A DNA stretch of 64,000 nt, taken from assembly GCA_041484665.1 (NCBI GenBank), contig JBGPIA010000020.1, positions 1 through 64,000 of the forward strand, written 5' to 3'. Below, piece by piece: positions 45,058 to 58,264 of the stretch (position 1 is the stretch's first letter; each line of letters starts with the position of its first letter). The notes beneath the pieces were generated by a model, which worked only from the letters and a program-made list of their open reading frames with translations, was not told where the DNA came from and made no database searches. This DNA is from Candidatus Krumholzibacteriia bacterium (GTDB lineage Bacteria; Krumholzibacteriota; Krumholzibacteriia; JAJRXK01). The position numbers and the translations under genes are program-made.

Positions 45058-46935
45058 TTACTCCTGCGGCACGGCGCGCGGCCCCAGCGACTGGTGGATA
45101 TGCCACGTCTGCCAGGCGGTCAGCACGGTGTTCACCAGCCAGTACAGCGCCAGCCCTGAGGGGCTGTTGTAGAAGATCACGAACATCATGATGGGCATCA
45201 TCGTATTCATCATCTGCGTCTGCATCCCCATCATGCCCTCACCCGCCGGCATCGATCCCATTCCCGTCATCTTCGTCTGGACCCACATGCCCAGCGCCAT
45301 CAGGGTCGGCAGCAAGGAGAACTTGTCGCCGAAGATCGGCAGGTGCACCGGCAGCCGGAAAAGAACATCCGGCCGGCTGAGGTCGTGGATCCAGGCCACG
45401 AACGGCGCCTGGCGCAGCTCGATCGCTCGGCTGAGCACGGTGAACAGCGCCCAGAACACCGGCATCTGCACCACCACCGGCAGGCAGCCGCTCATGGGGT
45501 TGATCCCGTATTTCTTGTAGAGCGCGAACATCTCCTTGCTCTGGCGCTGCTGGTCGTCCTTGTACTTCTCGCGCAGGCGTTGCAGCTGCGGCTGGACTTC
45601 CTGCATCCGGCGCATCGAAACCGTGCTGCTCTTCGTCAGCGGGAAGAAGGCCAGCTTTGCGGCCACCGACAGCAAAATGATCACCAGGCCGTAGTTGGGG
45701 ATCACCCGGTGGATCACCTTGAGCAGCCAGCGCGTTCCATGCACGATGGGTCGGAAAGCCGCCGGACCCAGCTCGATCAGCCGCCCCACGTCTGCGCCGT
45801 TGGCGGCCAGGTGGTCGTAGTCCATGGGGCCCAGGTAGAGTGTGTAGCGCAGCGTGGCGGCATCGGTGCGCGCCATGGGAACGCGCGTCAGGAAGGTCTG
45901 CAGCTTACGGCTGAAGTCACCGTCGAAGCGCACGCTTCCCGGGAGCGCCTCGGGGATGAGCTGCACCGCCGTGAAGTACTTGCTCCCCACCGCGGCCCAG
46001 CTGATGGTGCCTTCGTAGGTCCCGCGCCCGCGGGAGCCGTCGCCGCGGGAGAGATCGCGTAAGGCTTTGCGGTAGATGTCGGCCCCCACGCGCGTGGTGG
46101 CCTTGCACATGCCGGACTCGGCCGCGCTGTCAGGCTCGGTACTGGCGATGCCGCCGGGCCAGCCGACCTCCCAGAACACCCGCCGCTCCGCGCTGCCGGG
46201 GGCCGCATAGCGCACGTCGACGCCCACGTTGTAACTGTCGTTGTTGAAGTGGTAGCCGATCGTGAGCTCGCCGCCCCCCGTCGTGTGCGCGCGCAACTGC
46301 AGCTGCCCCTCCGGGCGTCCCGCGTCCAGCTGCAACTCGGGAACACTGGGCTCGAAAGCGACGGAGCGCAGGTCCACCGGCACGTCGTCCACCAGCATCC
46401 GCAGCGCGTGCGCCCGCTGCGAGCCGCGGTCGAGCGAGCGCGAGCCGACCAGCTCGACGGGCTGCCCGTCGCCCGTCTTGAAGTCGCGCAGCTTCCACGA
46501 GCGTAGATCGCCGCCGACCGGGTCGATCTCCGCGCTGATCTTGTCGGTCGAGACGCGAATGGGGATGCCCGACTCCGTATCCGAGCTGAGCGTCCAGCGC
46601 CCGCCGATCAAGCTCTCCGCGGCGGCCGAGGTGATTGCCCCGCCGCTGCGCCCCGCGAGCCCGCCGGCGCCCGCGACGCCCGCAGTACCGCCCGCGGCGC
46701 CGGTTGTGCCCCCCTCCGGTGTTCCCGCCGTGCCACCGCTGCTGGCCGCGCCGCCGGCAGCCGGCCCGCCACTGCCGCCCGGGCCGCCTGTACCGCCCGG
46801 CTCGCCGCTGCCGGACTGTGGCGTGGGCGGTGAGCCCATGCCCGGCGGGGGCGGCAGCTTCGGCTTGAAGATGAGATTCCACCCGATGAGGAACGCGAAG
46901 ATGACCGCGAAAGCCAGGAGGGTTCGCTTTTCCAT
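45058..46935 (-). CDS. yidC: Membrane protein insertase YidC
   Basis: MEKRTLLAF, YLGP, NYGLVII, NPMSGCLP..QMPVF, WIHDLSRPD, SGLALYW. Confidence 0.96.
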   Translation of the reverse strand: MEKRTLLAFAVIFAFLIGWNLIFKPKLPPPPGMGSPPTPQSGSGEPGGTGGPGGSGGPAAGGAASSGGTAGTPEGGTTGAAGGTAGVAGAGGLAGRSGGAITSAAAESLIGGRWTLSSDTESGIPIRVSTDKISAEIDPVGGDLRSWKLRDFKTGDGQPVELVGSRSLDRGSQRAHALRMLVDDVPVDLRSVAFEPSVPELQLDAGRPEGQLQLRAHTTGGGELTIGYHFNNDSYNVGVDVRYAAPGSAERRVFWEVGWPGGIASTEPDSAAESGMCKATTRVGADIYRKALRDLSRGDGSRGRGTYEGTISWAAVGSKYFTAVQLIPEALPGSVRFDGDFSRKLQTFLTRVPMARTDAATLRYTLYLGPMDYDHLAANGADVGRLIELGPAAFRPIVHGTRWLLKVIHRVIPNYGLVIILLSVAAKLAFFPLTKSSTVSMRRMQEVQPQLQRLREKYKDDQQRQSKEMFALYKKYGINPMSGCLPVVVQMPVFWALFTVLSRAIELRQAPFVAWIHDLSRPDVLFRLPVHLPIFGDKFSLLPTLMALGMWVQTKMTGMGSMPAGEGMMGMQTQMMNTMMPIMMFVIFYNSPSGLALYWLVNTVLTAWQTWHIHQSLGPRAVPQE

Positions 46936-47112
46936 GGACTGTGGACTGCCGTCCTCTCGGGTTCGCGTCCTCGCGCAGCCGCGGCGGGGACCGGGAATGC
47001 TCCGCGCGTACAGGCTCTGCTCGGTGCGCCCGCACGCGACGATTCACGCAACTCTCACGCGGCCCGCCGCGCTCCCCGCGCCCGGTCGCTCACGCCGCTC
47101 GCGCGCGAGGGG

Positions 47113-47355
47113 TCACGCCGCTCCGATGCGCCTCTCGCGCTGCGGCGGCACCGGATCGTAGCCCCCCGCGCTCCACGGATGACATCGCAGGATCCGCCGG
47201 GCGCCGAGCCACAGCCCGCGCGCCGGCCCGTGGAGGCGCAACGCCTCCTGCGTGTAGACCGCGCAGCTGGGATGATACCTGCAAGCGACGCCGAGGAAAG
47301 GGGAGATCGCGCGGCGGTACGCCCCGACCAGCCCGATCAGCACCCGCGTCAGCAT
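47113..47355 (-). CDS. yidD: Membrane protein insertion efficiency factor YidD
   Basis: ISP..CRYHPSC, RILRCHPWSAGGYDPVP. Confidence 0.95.
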   Translation of the reverse strand: MLTRVLIGLVGAYRRAISPFLGVACRYHPSCAVYTQEALRLHGPARGLWLGARRILRCHPWSAGGYDPVPPQRERRIGAA

Positions 47356-47762
47356 GGCGGGGAGCCGTCAGCGCCGAGCAGATCGAGGCGGCTCAGCTGC
47401 TCGCGCAGATCGGTGGTCACGTCCTGACTCCTCAGCTCGCTCTTGGCTGCAGACGCGCGTGCCACAAGGACGATCCACAGCGGCCGGCGTAGCTCGGAGC
47501 GTAGGATCTGCAGCGCGACACGCACGACGCGCTTGGCTCGATTGCGGCGCACGGCGGGACCGACTTTGCGGCTGGCGACGATGCCGCTGGCCACCCCGCC
47601 GCTCGCGGCCGGATCGCCGGGAGCCAGCGGCTGCGCGCGCGGCAGGGCGAAGACGATGACGTGCCGCCCGACAGCCTTGCGCCCCTGCTCGTAGACGAGG
47701 TTGAACTGTCGCCGGCTGCGGAGCTTCCCGTTCACCCGCCACGCCCCCCTCTGCGATCCCAC
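47349..47762 (-). CDS. rnpA: RNase P protein component (start may be GTG 47735)
   Basis: LR.RRQF..VY..G, SRKVGPAVRRNRAKR; lies between rpmH and yidD. Confidence 0.9.
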   Translation of the reverse strand: MGSQRGAWRVNGKLRSRRQFNLVYEQGRKAVGRHVIVFALPRAQPLAPGDPAASGGVASGIVASRKVGPAVRRNRAKRVVRVALQILRSELRRPLWIVLVARASAAKSELRSQDVTTDLREQLSRLDLLGADGSPPC

Positions 47763-47784
47763 CTCGCCGAGGGGCGCTCTGCGC

Positions 47785-47919
47785 TCAGGCGCTGAGCCTC
47801 TTGCGACCCCGGGCACGCCGACGGCTGAGGACCGCGCGGCCGGCCTTGGTGGACATGCGCTTGCGGAACCCGTGGTCGCGCTTGCGCTTGATCCTGCTGG
47901 GCTGATAGGTCCTCTTCAC
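47785..47919 (-). CDS. rpmH: 50S ribosomal protein L34
   Basis: GTG follows [45 protein letters not shown]. Confidence 0.98.
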   Translation of the reverse strand: MKRTYQPSRIKRKRDHGFRKRMSTKAGRAVLSRRRARGRKRLSA

Positions 47920-48259
47920 GTCGGCTCCTCCACGGGTTCCCGGGACGAGCCGCGCAATCGAGTGCTTGCGGGCGTCCCTGCTCGGGTCTTGGAACCGCAC
48001 CACACTACGGGCGCGCCCCGGGTGCGTCAACCGCCATCCTATCAGCGGGATGCGCGCGGTCCAGGCAGGGGTGCGAGGAGCGCCGTACCGGTCCGGCCGG
48101 CCGAGGTGGAGGCCGTGGCCCCCGTCCCACAGTGGGTTCACATTTTCGTAGGGGGCCACAAACGCGTTGCCGCGTTGTCGCTTATGGTCTCCGGCGCCAG
48201 CTGGTCGCTTTTCGCCAGTTGCTCCGCAAAAATCCAGGTGCTAGCGTCGCCGCACTCGA

Positions 48260-48397
48260 GGTGGATAACCAGGCTTCGCCCCGTTGCCATCATCCCCAGA
48301 GCCCTCGGTCTGGGGACATCTCGGCTGCCCCCTGGAATCCTCCTTCTGTAACTGTCGAATTTCCAGTGTTTTAGCTGGTTATCCCCATTGGGGATAC
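48260..48397. promoter_or_regulatory. DnaA-box cluster upstream of dnaA
   Basis: GGTGGATAA 48260, TCATCCCCA 48290, TGGGGACAT 48311, TTATCCCCA 48379, TGGGGATAC 48389. Confidence 0.6.
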
Positions 48398-48500
48398 CGT
48401 GGGATTGTTGTCGCCGCTCCGGCCTGCCCCCACGCGTTTGGGGGCACGCCCGAGCCGAGCGTCCCTTCTGTCGAGGCCAGATTCACAGAAAGGGCCGACT

Positions 48501-49880
48501 GTGGCGCAAGGCGAGATGTCCCCGATGTGGGACCGCGTCCTCGACACCGTTCGCCAGCTCGTCACCCAGCAGACCTACCAGACTTGGTTCGCCCAGACGG
48601 AGTTCCTCTCCCTGGACGGCGATTGCCTGACCCTGCAGGGCCCCAACCAGTTCTTCGTCGACTGGTTGACCGAGCATCACATGGACACGCTGCACTGGGC
48701 CGCGAACCGCGTCGTCGGGCGGCCCGTTGTCATTCGCGTCCTGGTCAATCCCAACCACACACCGCCGCCGGCCGCCACGCTGGACGCGCGGTCGCTGCCC
48801 GCATTCGCCGCCCCGGAGGAGCTGCCCGCCGCCGCGCGCAATCCGCGCGACGCGGGCCTCAATGCGCGGTATGTGTTCGACAACTTCGTCGCGGGCGATA
48901 ACAACCGTCTCGCCCACGCCGCGTGCCAGGCGGTCGCCGACGCGCCCGCGCAGGTGTACAACCCGCTGTTTCTCTACGGCGGCGTGGGTCTGGGCAAGAC
49001 GCACCTCATGCAAGCGATCGGCAACGCCGTACTGGAGCACCGCGCGCAGTTGCTCGTGCACTATGTCTCCTCCGAGAACTTCATGAACGAGCTCATCCAG
49101 TCCATCCGCACCGGGCGCACCTTCGAGTTCAAGAATCGCTACCGCACCGTCGATGTGCTGCTGATCGATGACATCCAGTTCCTCGCGGGCAAGGAGAGCA
49201 CGCAGCAGGAGTTCTTCCACACCTTCAACGCGCTCTACGACGCCAACAAGCAGATCGTCGTCACCAGCGACCGGCTTCCCAAGGAGATCCCCACCCTCGA
49301 GGAGCGCCTCCGCAGCCGCTTCGAATGGGGCCTTATTACCGATCTGCAGGCCCCCAATCTCGAGACGCGCATCGCGATCCTCAAGAAAAAGGTCGAGAAG
49401 GAGGAGATCGTCATTCCCGACGATGTCCTCGTGGTCATTGCTGAGAGCGTCACGAGCAACATCCGCGAGCTCGAAGGCGCGCTGATCCGCTTGCTGGCCT
49501 TCGCGGGCCTCACCGGGAGTGACATCAACGTGGAGATGGCCAAGGAAGTCCTGGGCGCCTTCCTGACACGGCACGCCCAGAAGCGCCAGGTGAGCCTGGC
49601 CGAGATCATCACCGCGGTCGCGGCGTTCTACGACATCACGCTGGACCTGATGCGCTCGAAGCTGCGCACGAAGCCCGTTGCGCACGCGCGCCAGGTGGCG
49701 ATGTTCATGTGCCGGGAGCACACCAGCGCGTCCCTCAGTCAGGTCGGGCGCAAGTTCGGCAACCGCGACCACACCACCGTGCACCACGCGTGGCACAAGA
49801 TCACGGCGCTGGAGCAGACCGATCCGGATTTCCGCCGCGAGCTCGAGGAGATCCGCCACCGCCTCAACCTCGACGGCTGA
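48501..49880 (+). CDS. dnaA: Chromosomal replication initiator DnaA
   Basis: YNPLFLYGGVGLGKTHL, LLIDDIQF, EFFHTFN, RL.SRFEWG, NIRELEGAL, RDHTTV. Confidence 0.99.
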   Translation: MAQGEMSPMWDRVLDTVRQLVTQQTYQTWFAQTEFLSLDGDCLTLQGPNQFFVDWLTEHHMDTLHWAANRVVGRPVVIRVLVNPNHTPPPAATLDARSLPAFAAPEELPAAARNPRDAGLNARYVFDNFVAGDNNRLAHAACQAVADAPAQVYNPLFLYGGVGLGKTHLMQAIGNAVLEHRAQLLVHYVSSENFMNELIQSIRTGRTFEFKNRYRTVDVLLIDDIQFLAGKESTQQEFFHTFNALYDANKQIVVTSDRLPKEIPTLEERLRSRFEWGLITDLQAPNLETRIAILKKKVEKEEIVIPDDVLVVIAESVTSNIRELEGALIRLLAFAGLTGSDINVEMAKEVLGAFLTRHAQKRQVSLAEIITAVAAFYDITLDLMRSKLRTKPVAHARQVAMFMCREHTSASLSQVGRKFGNRDHTTVHHAWHKITALEQTDPDFRRELEEIRHRLNLDG

Positions 49881-50200
49881 GCGGGCCGGTCAGCCAGACG
49901 CTGGGCGGCCCGCTGCGGGTCTGCGCTACCACTGCGCGCGCTCGGCCTGGGTAGTACTCGTGGGACAAGCCAGGTACACAGCGGGGTTCTACGGGGGTAG
50001 GTCTGCCGCGCGGCGGCGCCCCCGGGACAACCCACCACCCAACCCGCCGGATATCCCACGGCAGTTTGCGAGCTATGAGTCAGTAACTAATTATATATCA
50101 ATCAGTTGTAGGCATACCCGTAAATCGTCCCCGCCGTCCCCACGCCTGCTGCTACCTCTACTCTATACCTAGAGATCAGATCAGAAGAAGCAGAGCATGA
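49881..50200. other. Probable oriC unwinding region
   Basis: dnaA-dnaN intergenic; AT-rich patch; IHF consensus TATCAATCAGTTG 50096-50108; tandem degenerate boxes TCGTCCCCG/CCGTCCCCA 50125-50142 followed by a CTG CTG CTA CCT CTA trio-like run. Confidence 0.7.
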
Positions 50201-50532
50201 CCTCAGGGCGAGCCAACGCCACACCCCCATACCCCGACCCGTGGCTCGACCCCGCCACGGGCGCGGTCCCCACAGACCCTCCACGCGCCCCAGAGGTTGT
50301 CGCCGCGCGCACGCGTGCGGTAGGATCTCGCTGGCGGGCTCCCCGCAGCAGCGGCATGCGCGCTTTGGGCCCCTTCGCGGAGAGAGCCTTCTCTCCGCCC
50401 GCGGGAGCCGGTGCGCCGCTTCCCATCCTCGGCGGGACCGCGCGAATCGGGCGCTCGGCAGGCTCACGCCGCGCCACGGCGGAGCGAGCTGCAGCCGAGC
50501 CGTCCAGGGCACGTTGAACGAAAGGCCCCACG

Positions 50533-51657
50533 GTGAAGATCCAGGTCCAGCAGGGCGATCTCGCGCGCAGCCTCGGCGCGGTCGCCAGCGTCGTCAGCAC
50601 GCGTGCAACGCTTCCCATCCTCTCGACCATCCTGTTCGAGGCGAACGGCAAGGAGCTCACGCTTGCCGCCACGGACCTCGACGTCAGCATCGTCACACGC
50701 GTCTCCGAGGTGCAGGTCGAGAAGGCCGGCCGCGTCGCAGTGCCGGCCGGGAAGTTCGTACCGTTCGTGCGCGCGCTCGGGACGCAGCCGCTCACAGTCG
50801 AGGCCACCGGTGACAAGATCCGCGTGCGCAGCGGCAAGGCGCGCCTGGAGGAGCCGTGCATGTCCCCGGAGGACTTCCCGGCGCTGCCCAAGGTGAAGGA
50901 CGCACCGTCGTTCACCATCTCCGGCCAGCTCCTCGCGGAGATGATCGATGCGACGATCTACGCGACCTCCCGCGACGAGACGCGGCCGGCCCTGCAGGGC
51001 GTGCTCTGGGAGATCGCTGCCAAGGGCTTCTCGATGGTCGCCACCGATGGCCACCGTCTCAGCCGCATCCGCCGCCAACTCGACAGCAAGGTGCCCGACG
51101 CCCGGAAGTTCATCGCCAGCTCCCCGGGACTAGGCCACGTGATGCGACTGTGCGAGGGTGTGCCGACGGTCACCGTCTACCTGGGCGAGCACCAGCTCAG
51201 CTTCGAACTGGGGCCGACGTTGGTGCACACGCGCCTGGTGGAGGGGGCCTTCCCCAATTACGAGCAGGTCATCCCGCGCAACAACGAGCGCAGGGTGATC
51301 TGCGACCGCGTGCTGCTCGCCGAGACGGTGCGGCGCGTGAAGATCTCGGCCGACCGGGTCACCAACCAGATCCGCTTCGGCATCGCGCCGGGGGCGATCA
51401 CGCTCTCGGCCGCCGGCACCGAGGGCAGCCTGGCCGAGGACGAGCTGGCCGTGGAGTACGCCGGCGACCCGCTGGCCATCGGGTTCAACCACGCGTACGT
51501 CGAGGATATTCTCAAGCACATGCGCACCGAGCACGTGCTGATGGCCGTGGACCGGCCCGACGCGGCGGCCATCTTCGTGCCGGGTGAGGACCTCAAAACG
51601 GAGCCGTCCGGCTGCGACGACCTCTGCCTCCTGATGCCCCTGCGGCTCAATGACTAG
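50533..51657 (+). CDS. dnaN: DNA polymerase III beta clamp
   Basis: TLPILS, ATDLD, RPALQG, VATDGHRL, G.FPNYEQVIP, IGFN, LLMPLR. Confidence 0.97.
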   Translation: MKIQVQQGDLARSLGAVASVVSTRATLPILSTILFEANGKELTLAATDLDVSIVTRVSEVQVEKAGRVAVPAGKFVPFVRALGTQPLTVEATGDKIRVRSGKARLEEPCMSPEDFPALPKVKDAPSFTISGQLLAEMIDATIYATSRDETRPALQGVLWEIAAKGFSMVATDGHRLSRIRRQLDSKVPDARKFIASSPGLGHVMRLCEGVPTVTVYLGEHQLSFELGPTLVHTRLVEGAFPNYEQVIPRNNERRVICDRVLLAETVRRVKISADRVTNQIRFGIAPGAITLSAAGTEGSLAEDELAVEYAGDPLAIGFNHAYVEDILKHMRTEHVLMAVDRPDAAAIFVPGEDLKTEPSGCDDLCLLMPLRLND

Positions 51658-51683
51658 AGCGCCGGGAGCCGACGGGATGCAGC

Positions 51684-52893
51684 GTGATCGTAACGAGTGT
51701 TAAACTCCTGAATTTCAGGAACTTAGACAAAATTCAACTGGACGTTTCCCCGCAGATCAATATCTTCTTGGGACGAAACGGCCAGGGCAAGACGAACCTC
51801 CTGGAGGGGCTCTGCTACCTCGCCCTCGGGCGCTCCCACAGGGGTAGCGGCGACCGGGAGATCGTCGGCTTCGGCGCGGAGGGATTCCACGTGGCCCTCG
51901 AGGGGCGCGCGGCCTCCGGCGCCGCGTTCCGGCTGGAGGCCTCCGTCGCCCTGGACGGGTCCAAGAAACTCAAACTCGACGGTCAGCCTCTGGCGAGGAA
52001 CTCCGACCTGGTTGGAAGGCTGTCGGCGGTCCTGTTCAATCCGGATGAGATCGATCTCACCAAAGGCAGCCCGGACCACCGCCGCCGCTTCCTGGACTAC
52101 ACGCTGAGCGTCATTTCGGCCGAGTACTTTCGCCACCTCGTGGAGTACCGGCGGGTCCTGGCGCAGAAGAACCGTCTGCTGAAGGAGCGGGGGCGAGACC
52201 TTGCGGCCGAGATCGAGGCGTGGGACGAGGAGCTTGCAGTGACCGGCGCGCCGCTGGTGCAAGCGCGCGCGGCCGTGATCGCGCCGCTGCAGGGGGCCGC
52301 AGCGGAAGCCTACGCGGCGCTCGACGCGGCGGGGGCGCGGCTGAGCATGGCCCTCGAGAGTAGCGCCGGGTTGGGTCAAGGCGCGGGCCCCTCCGCGGGC
52401 CGGGGCGAAGCTGAAGGGCAGTCTGCCGAGCCCGACGGCGAGTCCGTCACCGATCGCCTGCGTGCGGCGCTGCGGCGCGCGCGCGACCGAGAGCGCGCTC
52501 TGGGGTTCGCCATCGTGGGGCCGCACCGGGACCGCCTGCGTCTGCGGCTCGGCGGACGCTCGCTGCGACGCTATGGGAGCCAAGGCGAGATGCGCTCGGC
52601 GGCGATCGCCTTGAAGCTTGCGCAGGCCGAGCTGATCTACCAGAGGACATCTGAGCGCCCCGTGGTCTTCCTGGATGACATCTTCAGCGAGCTGGACCAC
52701 GGCCGCACCGAGGCGCTCCAGCGCCGCTTGCACCGCGACCACCAGCTCTTCGTGGCGACGGCGCGCCCCGAGGACGTGCGGGCCATGCGGGGCTGGGAGG
52801 GCGTCAAGGCGTGGTCGGTGCGCGAGGGACGCGTGACGCAGTTGGACGGTCTGGGCGAGGAGATGGAGCGCCGCGGCGCCGCCAGGGAGAGCG

Positions 52894-52910
<17 letters not shown>
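51684..52910 (+). CDS. recF: DNA replication/repair protein RecF
   Basis: NFRN, GRNGQGKTNLLE, RRRFLD, GPHRD, SQGE, LDDIFSELD. Confidence 0.96.
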
Positions 52911-55151
<2,241 letters not shown>

Positions 55152-55283
55152 ATCGCGTCGATCGCGGCGGCGGCCAAAGCCACGCCGCCGGCCACAACGA
55201 GCCTCCCGCCGCGCCACGCGCGGCCTGACGCCGGCTGACGCCACCTGATGGCGGCCCAGGCGCAAACCTGAGAGGGACGGACA

Positions 55284-58064
55284 GTGCCCGAGACGACCGG
55301 ACGCATTCTGACAGTCGACATCGAGGACAAGATGAAGTCCGCGTATCTGGACTACTCGATGTCCGTGATCGTATCGCGCGCCCTGCCCGACGTGCGCGAC
55401 GGGCTCAAGCCCGTGCACCGGCGCGTGCTGTTCGCCATGCACGAGCTGGGGCTGGCGCCGGGCCGGCCCTACCGCAAGAGCGCCAAGATCACCGGTGACG
55501 TCACCGGCAACTACCACCCGCACGGCACAGTCGCGGTCTACGATACCCTGGTGCGCATGGCGCAGCCATTCGCGCTGCGCTACACGCTGGTGGACGGGCA
55601 GGGCAATTTCGGCTCCATCGATGGCGACAGCCCCGCGGCCGAGCGCTACACCGAGGCGCGCCTGACCGCCGTGGCCATGGAGATGCTGCGGGACATCGAC
55701 CGCGAGACCGTCGACTTCGTCCCCAACTACGACGGCAGCCGTGAGATGCCGTCGGTGCTGCCCTCGGCGTTCCCGAACCTGCTGGTCAACGGCAGCACTG
55801 GGATCGCCGTCGGTATGGCCACCAACTGCCCGCCGCACAACATGCGCGAGATCGTCGACGGCCTGGTGGCGGTGCTCGACACCCCCGAGCTCGATCCGGC
55901 CGATCTGCTGCAGTTCGTGCAAGGGCCCGACTTCCCCACGGGCGCCCTGGTGCACGGGCGGCGCGGGATCATCGACTACGTGACCACCGGCCGCGGGCGC
56001 GTGGTGATGCGCGCGCGCGCCGAGATCGACGAGCTGCCCAACGGGCGCATGGCGATCCTCGTCACCGAGATCCCCTACTACGTGAACAAGGCCGAGCTGA
56101 TCGAGAAGATCGCCCAGCTGGTACGCGACGGCGTGATCGACGGCATCGGCGACCTGCGCGACGAGAGCGACCGGCGCGGCATGCGCATCGTGATCATCCT
56201 CAAGCGCGACGCCAATGCCAACGTGGTGCTCAACCAGCTGTGGAAGCACACCCAGATGCAATCGACCTTCGGGGTGATCAACCTGGCGCTGGTGGGGACC
56301 CAGCCGCGGGTGCTCAACCTGAAGGAGATGATGCAGGAGTACCTCACCTTCCGCGAAGAGGTCGTCGTGCGCCGCACGAAGTTCGACCTGCGCAAGGCCG
56401 AGGAGCGCGCCCACATCCTCGAGGGCTACCGCATCGCGCTGGACCACCTCGACGAGGTGATCGATCTCATCCGCAGCAGTGCCGACGTGGACGAGGCGCG
56501 CAGCGGGCTGATGACCCGCTTCGGGCTGACCGAGATCCAGGCCAACGCCATCCTGGACCTGCGCCTGCAGCGGCTGACCGGCCTGGAGCGCCAGAAGATC
56601 GAGGACGAGTACGTCGAGCTGATCCAGGAGATCGAGCGGCTGCGCAGCATCCTGGCCAGCCGGCCCATGCAGCTGGCGATCATCCGCGCTGAGCTGCTGG
56701 AGATCCGCGAGAAGTACGGCGACGACCGGCGCACCGAGATCGTTGGCGGCGAGGCCGACGACCTCTCGACCGAGGACCTGATCGCGGCCGAGGACATGGT
56801 CGTCACGCTGTCGCACCAACAGTACATCAAGCGCCTGGCGGTGGACGCGTACCGTCGCCAGGGGCGCGGCGGTCGGGGTGTGGCGGGCATGAGCGTCAAG
56901 GAGGAGGACTGGGTCGAGCAGCTCATCATCGCCAACACCCACGAGTACCTGCTGTTCTTCACCAACCGCGGCCGCTGTCATTGGCTCAAGGTGCACCAGA
57001 TCCCCGAGGCCGGGCGCGCGGCGCGCGGCAAAGCCGTCATCAACCTGCTGCAGCTCGCTCCCGGCGAGGTGGTCACGGCCTTCGTGCCCGTGCGCGGGGC
57101 GTTCGACGCGAACCGCTTCCTGGTGTTCGGCACGAAGAAGGGCACCGTCAAGCGCACGTCGCTGGACCAATTCGCCAACATTCGCCGCGGCGGGATCTGG
57201 GCGATTCAGCTCGAGGAGGGCGATCAGCTCATCGACGTGAAGCTTACCGATGGGAAGAAGGAAGTGATCCTGGCGGTAGCCTCGGGCAAATCGATCCGCT
57301 TCAACGAGATCGACGCGCGCTCGATGGGGCGAACGGCCTACGGCGTCAAGGGCATCGCGCTGCGCTCGGCCGAGGACGAGGTCATCGGCATGGTAGTGGT
57401 CGATCCCGCGACCAACCCCACCGTGCTGTGCGTGACGGAGCACGGCTACGGCAAGCGCACGCCGCTGGAGGATTACCGCAAGCAGTACCGCGGCGGCATG
57501 GGCATCATCACGATCAAGACCAGCGGCCGCAACGGCAAGCTCGTGGGCATCAAGAGCGTGCGCGACGACGACGAGCTAATGGTGATCACGCGCCGCGGCG
57601 TGGTGATCCGCATGTCGGTGAAGAAGATCTCCACCCTGGGGCGCAACACCCAGGGCGTCCGGCTGATCACATTGGACGAGGCCGACGCCGTGTCGACCGT
57701 GGCGCACGTCGTCACCTCCGACGACGTGACCGAGAGCGTCGCGGCGGGCGCCGCGCCAGGCGCTGCACCGGACGCTGCGTCGGGCGCGTCGTCGGGCGAG
57801 CCGCGCCCGTTTTCGGGTCGGGACGACGAGGCGCGGGACGACGACGACGACTCTGGCGACAACGCTGACGACAACGCTGAGGACGACGATAACGACGCGA
57901 CAGACTCCGACGACTCCGATGATCTGGGCGACTCCGACGATCCCAGCGACGGCGACGGCGACGGCGACGGCAACGGTGACGGTGCTGGTGACGGTAACGG
58001 CGGCGAAGATGAAGATGGTGACGGCCCCGGGCACGGCGACGACGACCCCGCGGAGCTGGAGTAG
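55284..58064 (+). CDS. gyrA: DNA gyrase subunit A with a long acidic tail
   Basis: [28 protein letters not shown] (catalytic Tyr), GyrA-box QGRGGRG. Confidence 0.99.
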   Translation: MPETTGRILTVDIEDKMKSAYLDYSMSVIVSRALPDVRDGLKPVHRRVLFAMHELGLAPGRPYRKSAKITGDVTGNYHPHGTVAVYDTLVRMAQPFALRYTLVDGQGNFGSIDGDSPAAERYTEARLTAVAMEMLRDIDRETVDFVPNYDGSREMPSVLPSAFPNLLVNGSTGIAVGMATNCPPHNMREIVDGLVAVLDTPELDPADLLQFVQGPDFPTGALVHGRRGIIDYVTTGRGRVVMRARAEIDELPNGRMAILVTEIPYYVNKAELIEKIAQLVRDGVIDGIGDLRDESDRRGMRIVIILKRDANANVVLNQLWKHTQMQSTFGVINLALVGTQPRVLNLKEMMQEYLTFREEVVVRRTKFDLRKAEERAHILEGYRIALDHLDEVIDLIRSSADVDEARSGLMTRFGLTEIQANAILDLRLQRLTGLERQKIEDEYVELIQEIERLRSILASRPMQLAIIRAELLEIREKYGDDRRTEIVGGEADDLSTEDLIAAEDMVVTLSHQQYIKRLAVDAYRRQGRGGRGVAGMSVKEEDWVEQLIIANTHEYLLFFTNRGRCHWLKVHQIPEAGRAARGKAVINLLQLAPGEVVTAFVPVRGAFDANRFLVFGTKKGTVKRTSLDQFANIRRGGIWAIQLEEGDQLIDVKLTDGKKEVILAVASGKSIRFNEIDARSMGRTAYGVKGIALRSAEDEVIGMVVVDPATNPTVLCVTEHGYGKRTPLEDYRKQYRGGMGIITIKTSGRNGKLVGIKSVRDDDELMVITRRGVVIRMSVKKISTLGRNTQGVRLITLDEADAVSTVAHVVTSDDVTESVAAGAAPGAAPDAASGASSGEPRPFSGRDDEARDDDDDSGDNADDNAEDDDNDATDSDDSDDLGDSDDPSDGDGDGDGNGDGAGDGNGGEDEDGDGPGHGDDDPAELE

Positions 58065-58264
58065 GCGCGACCGCTCCTCCGCGCCGCGCCTGCGGCCTGT
58101 GCCACGGGAACTCCTTGGGGGACGTGAACGTAGCCTTGTGACGCCCGCGGAGAGCCCGGGGGGCGGGCAGCAACGCGCCACTGGCGCAACGCGACGCACC
58201 TGGGCTACCCTTTCCACCCACCCGCAACCCGGCAACCCAACGACCTCAACCCAGGGGGAATCCC

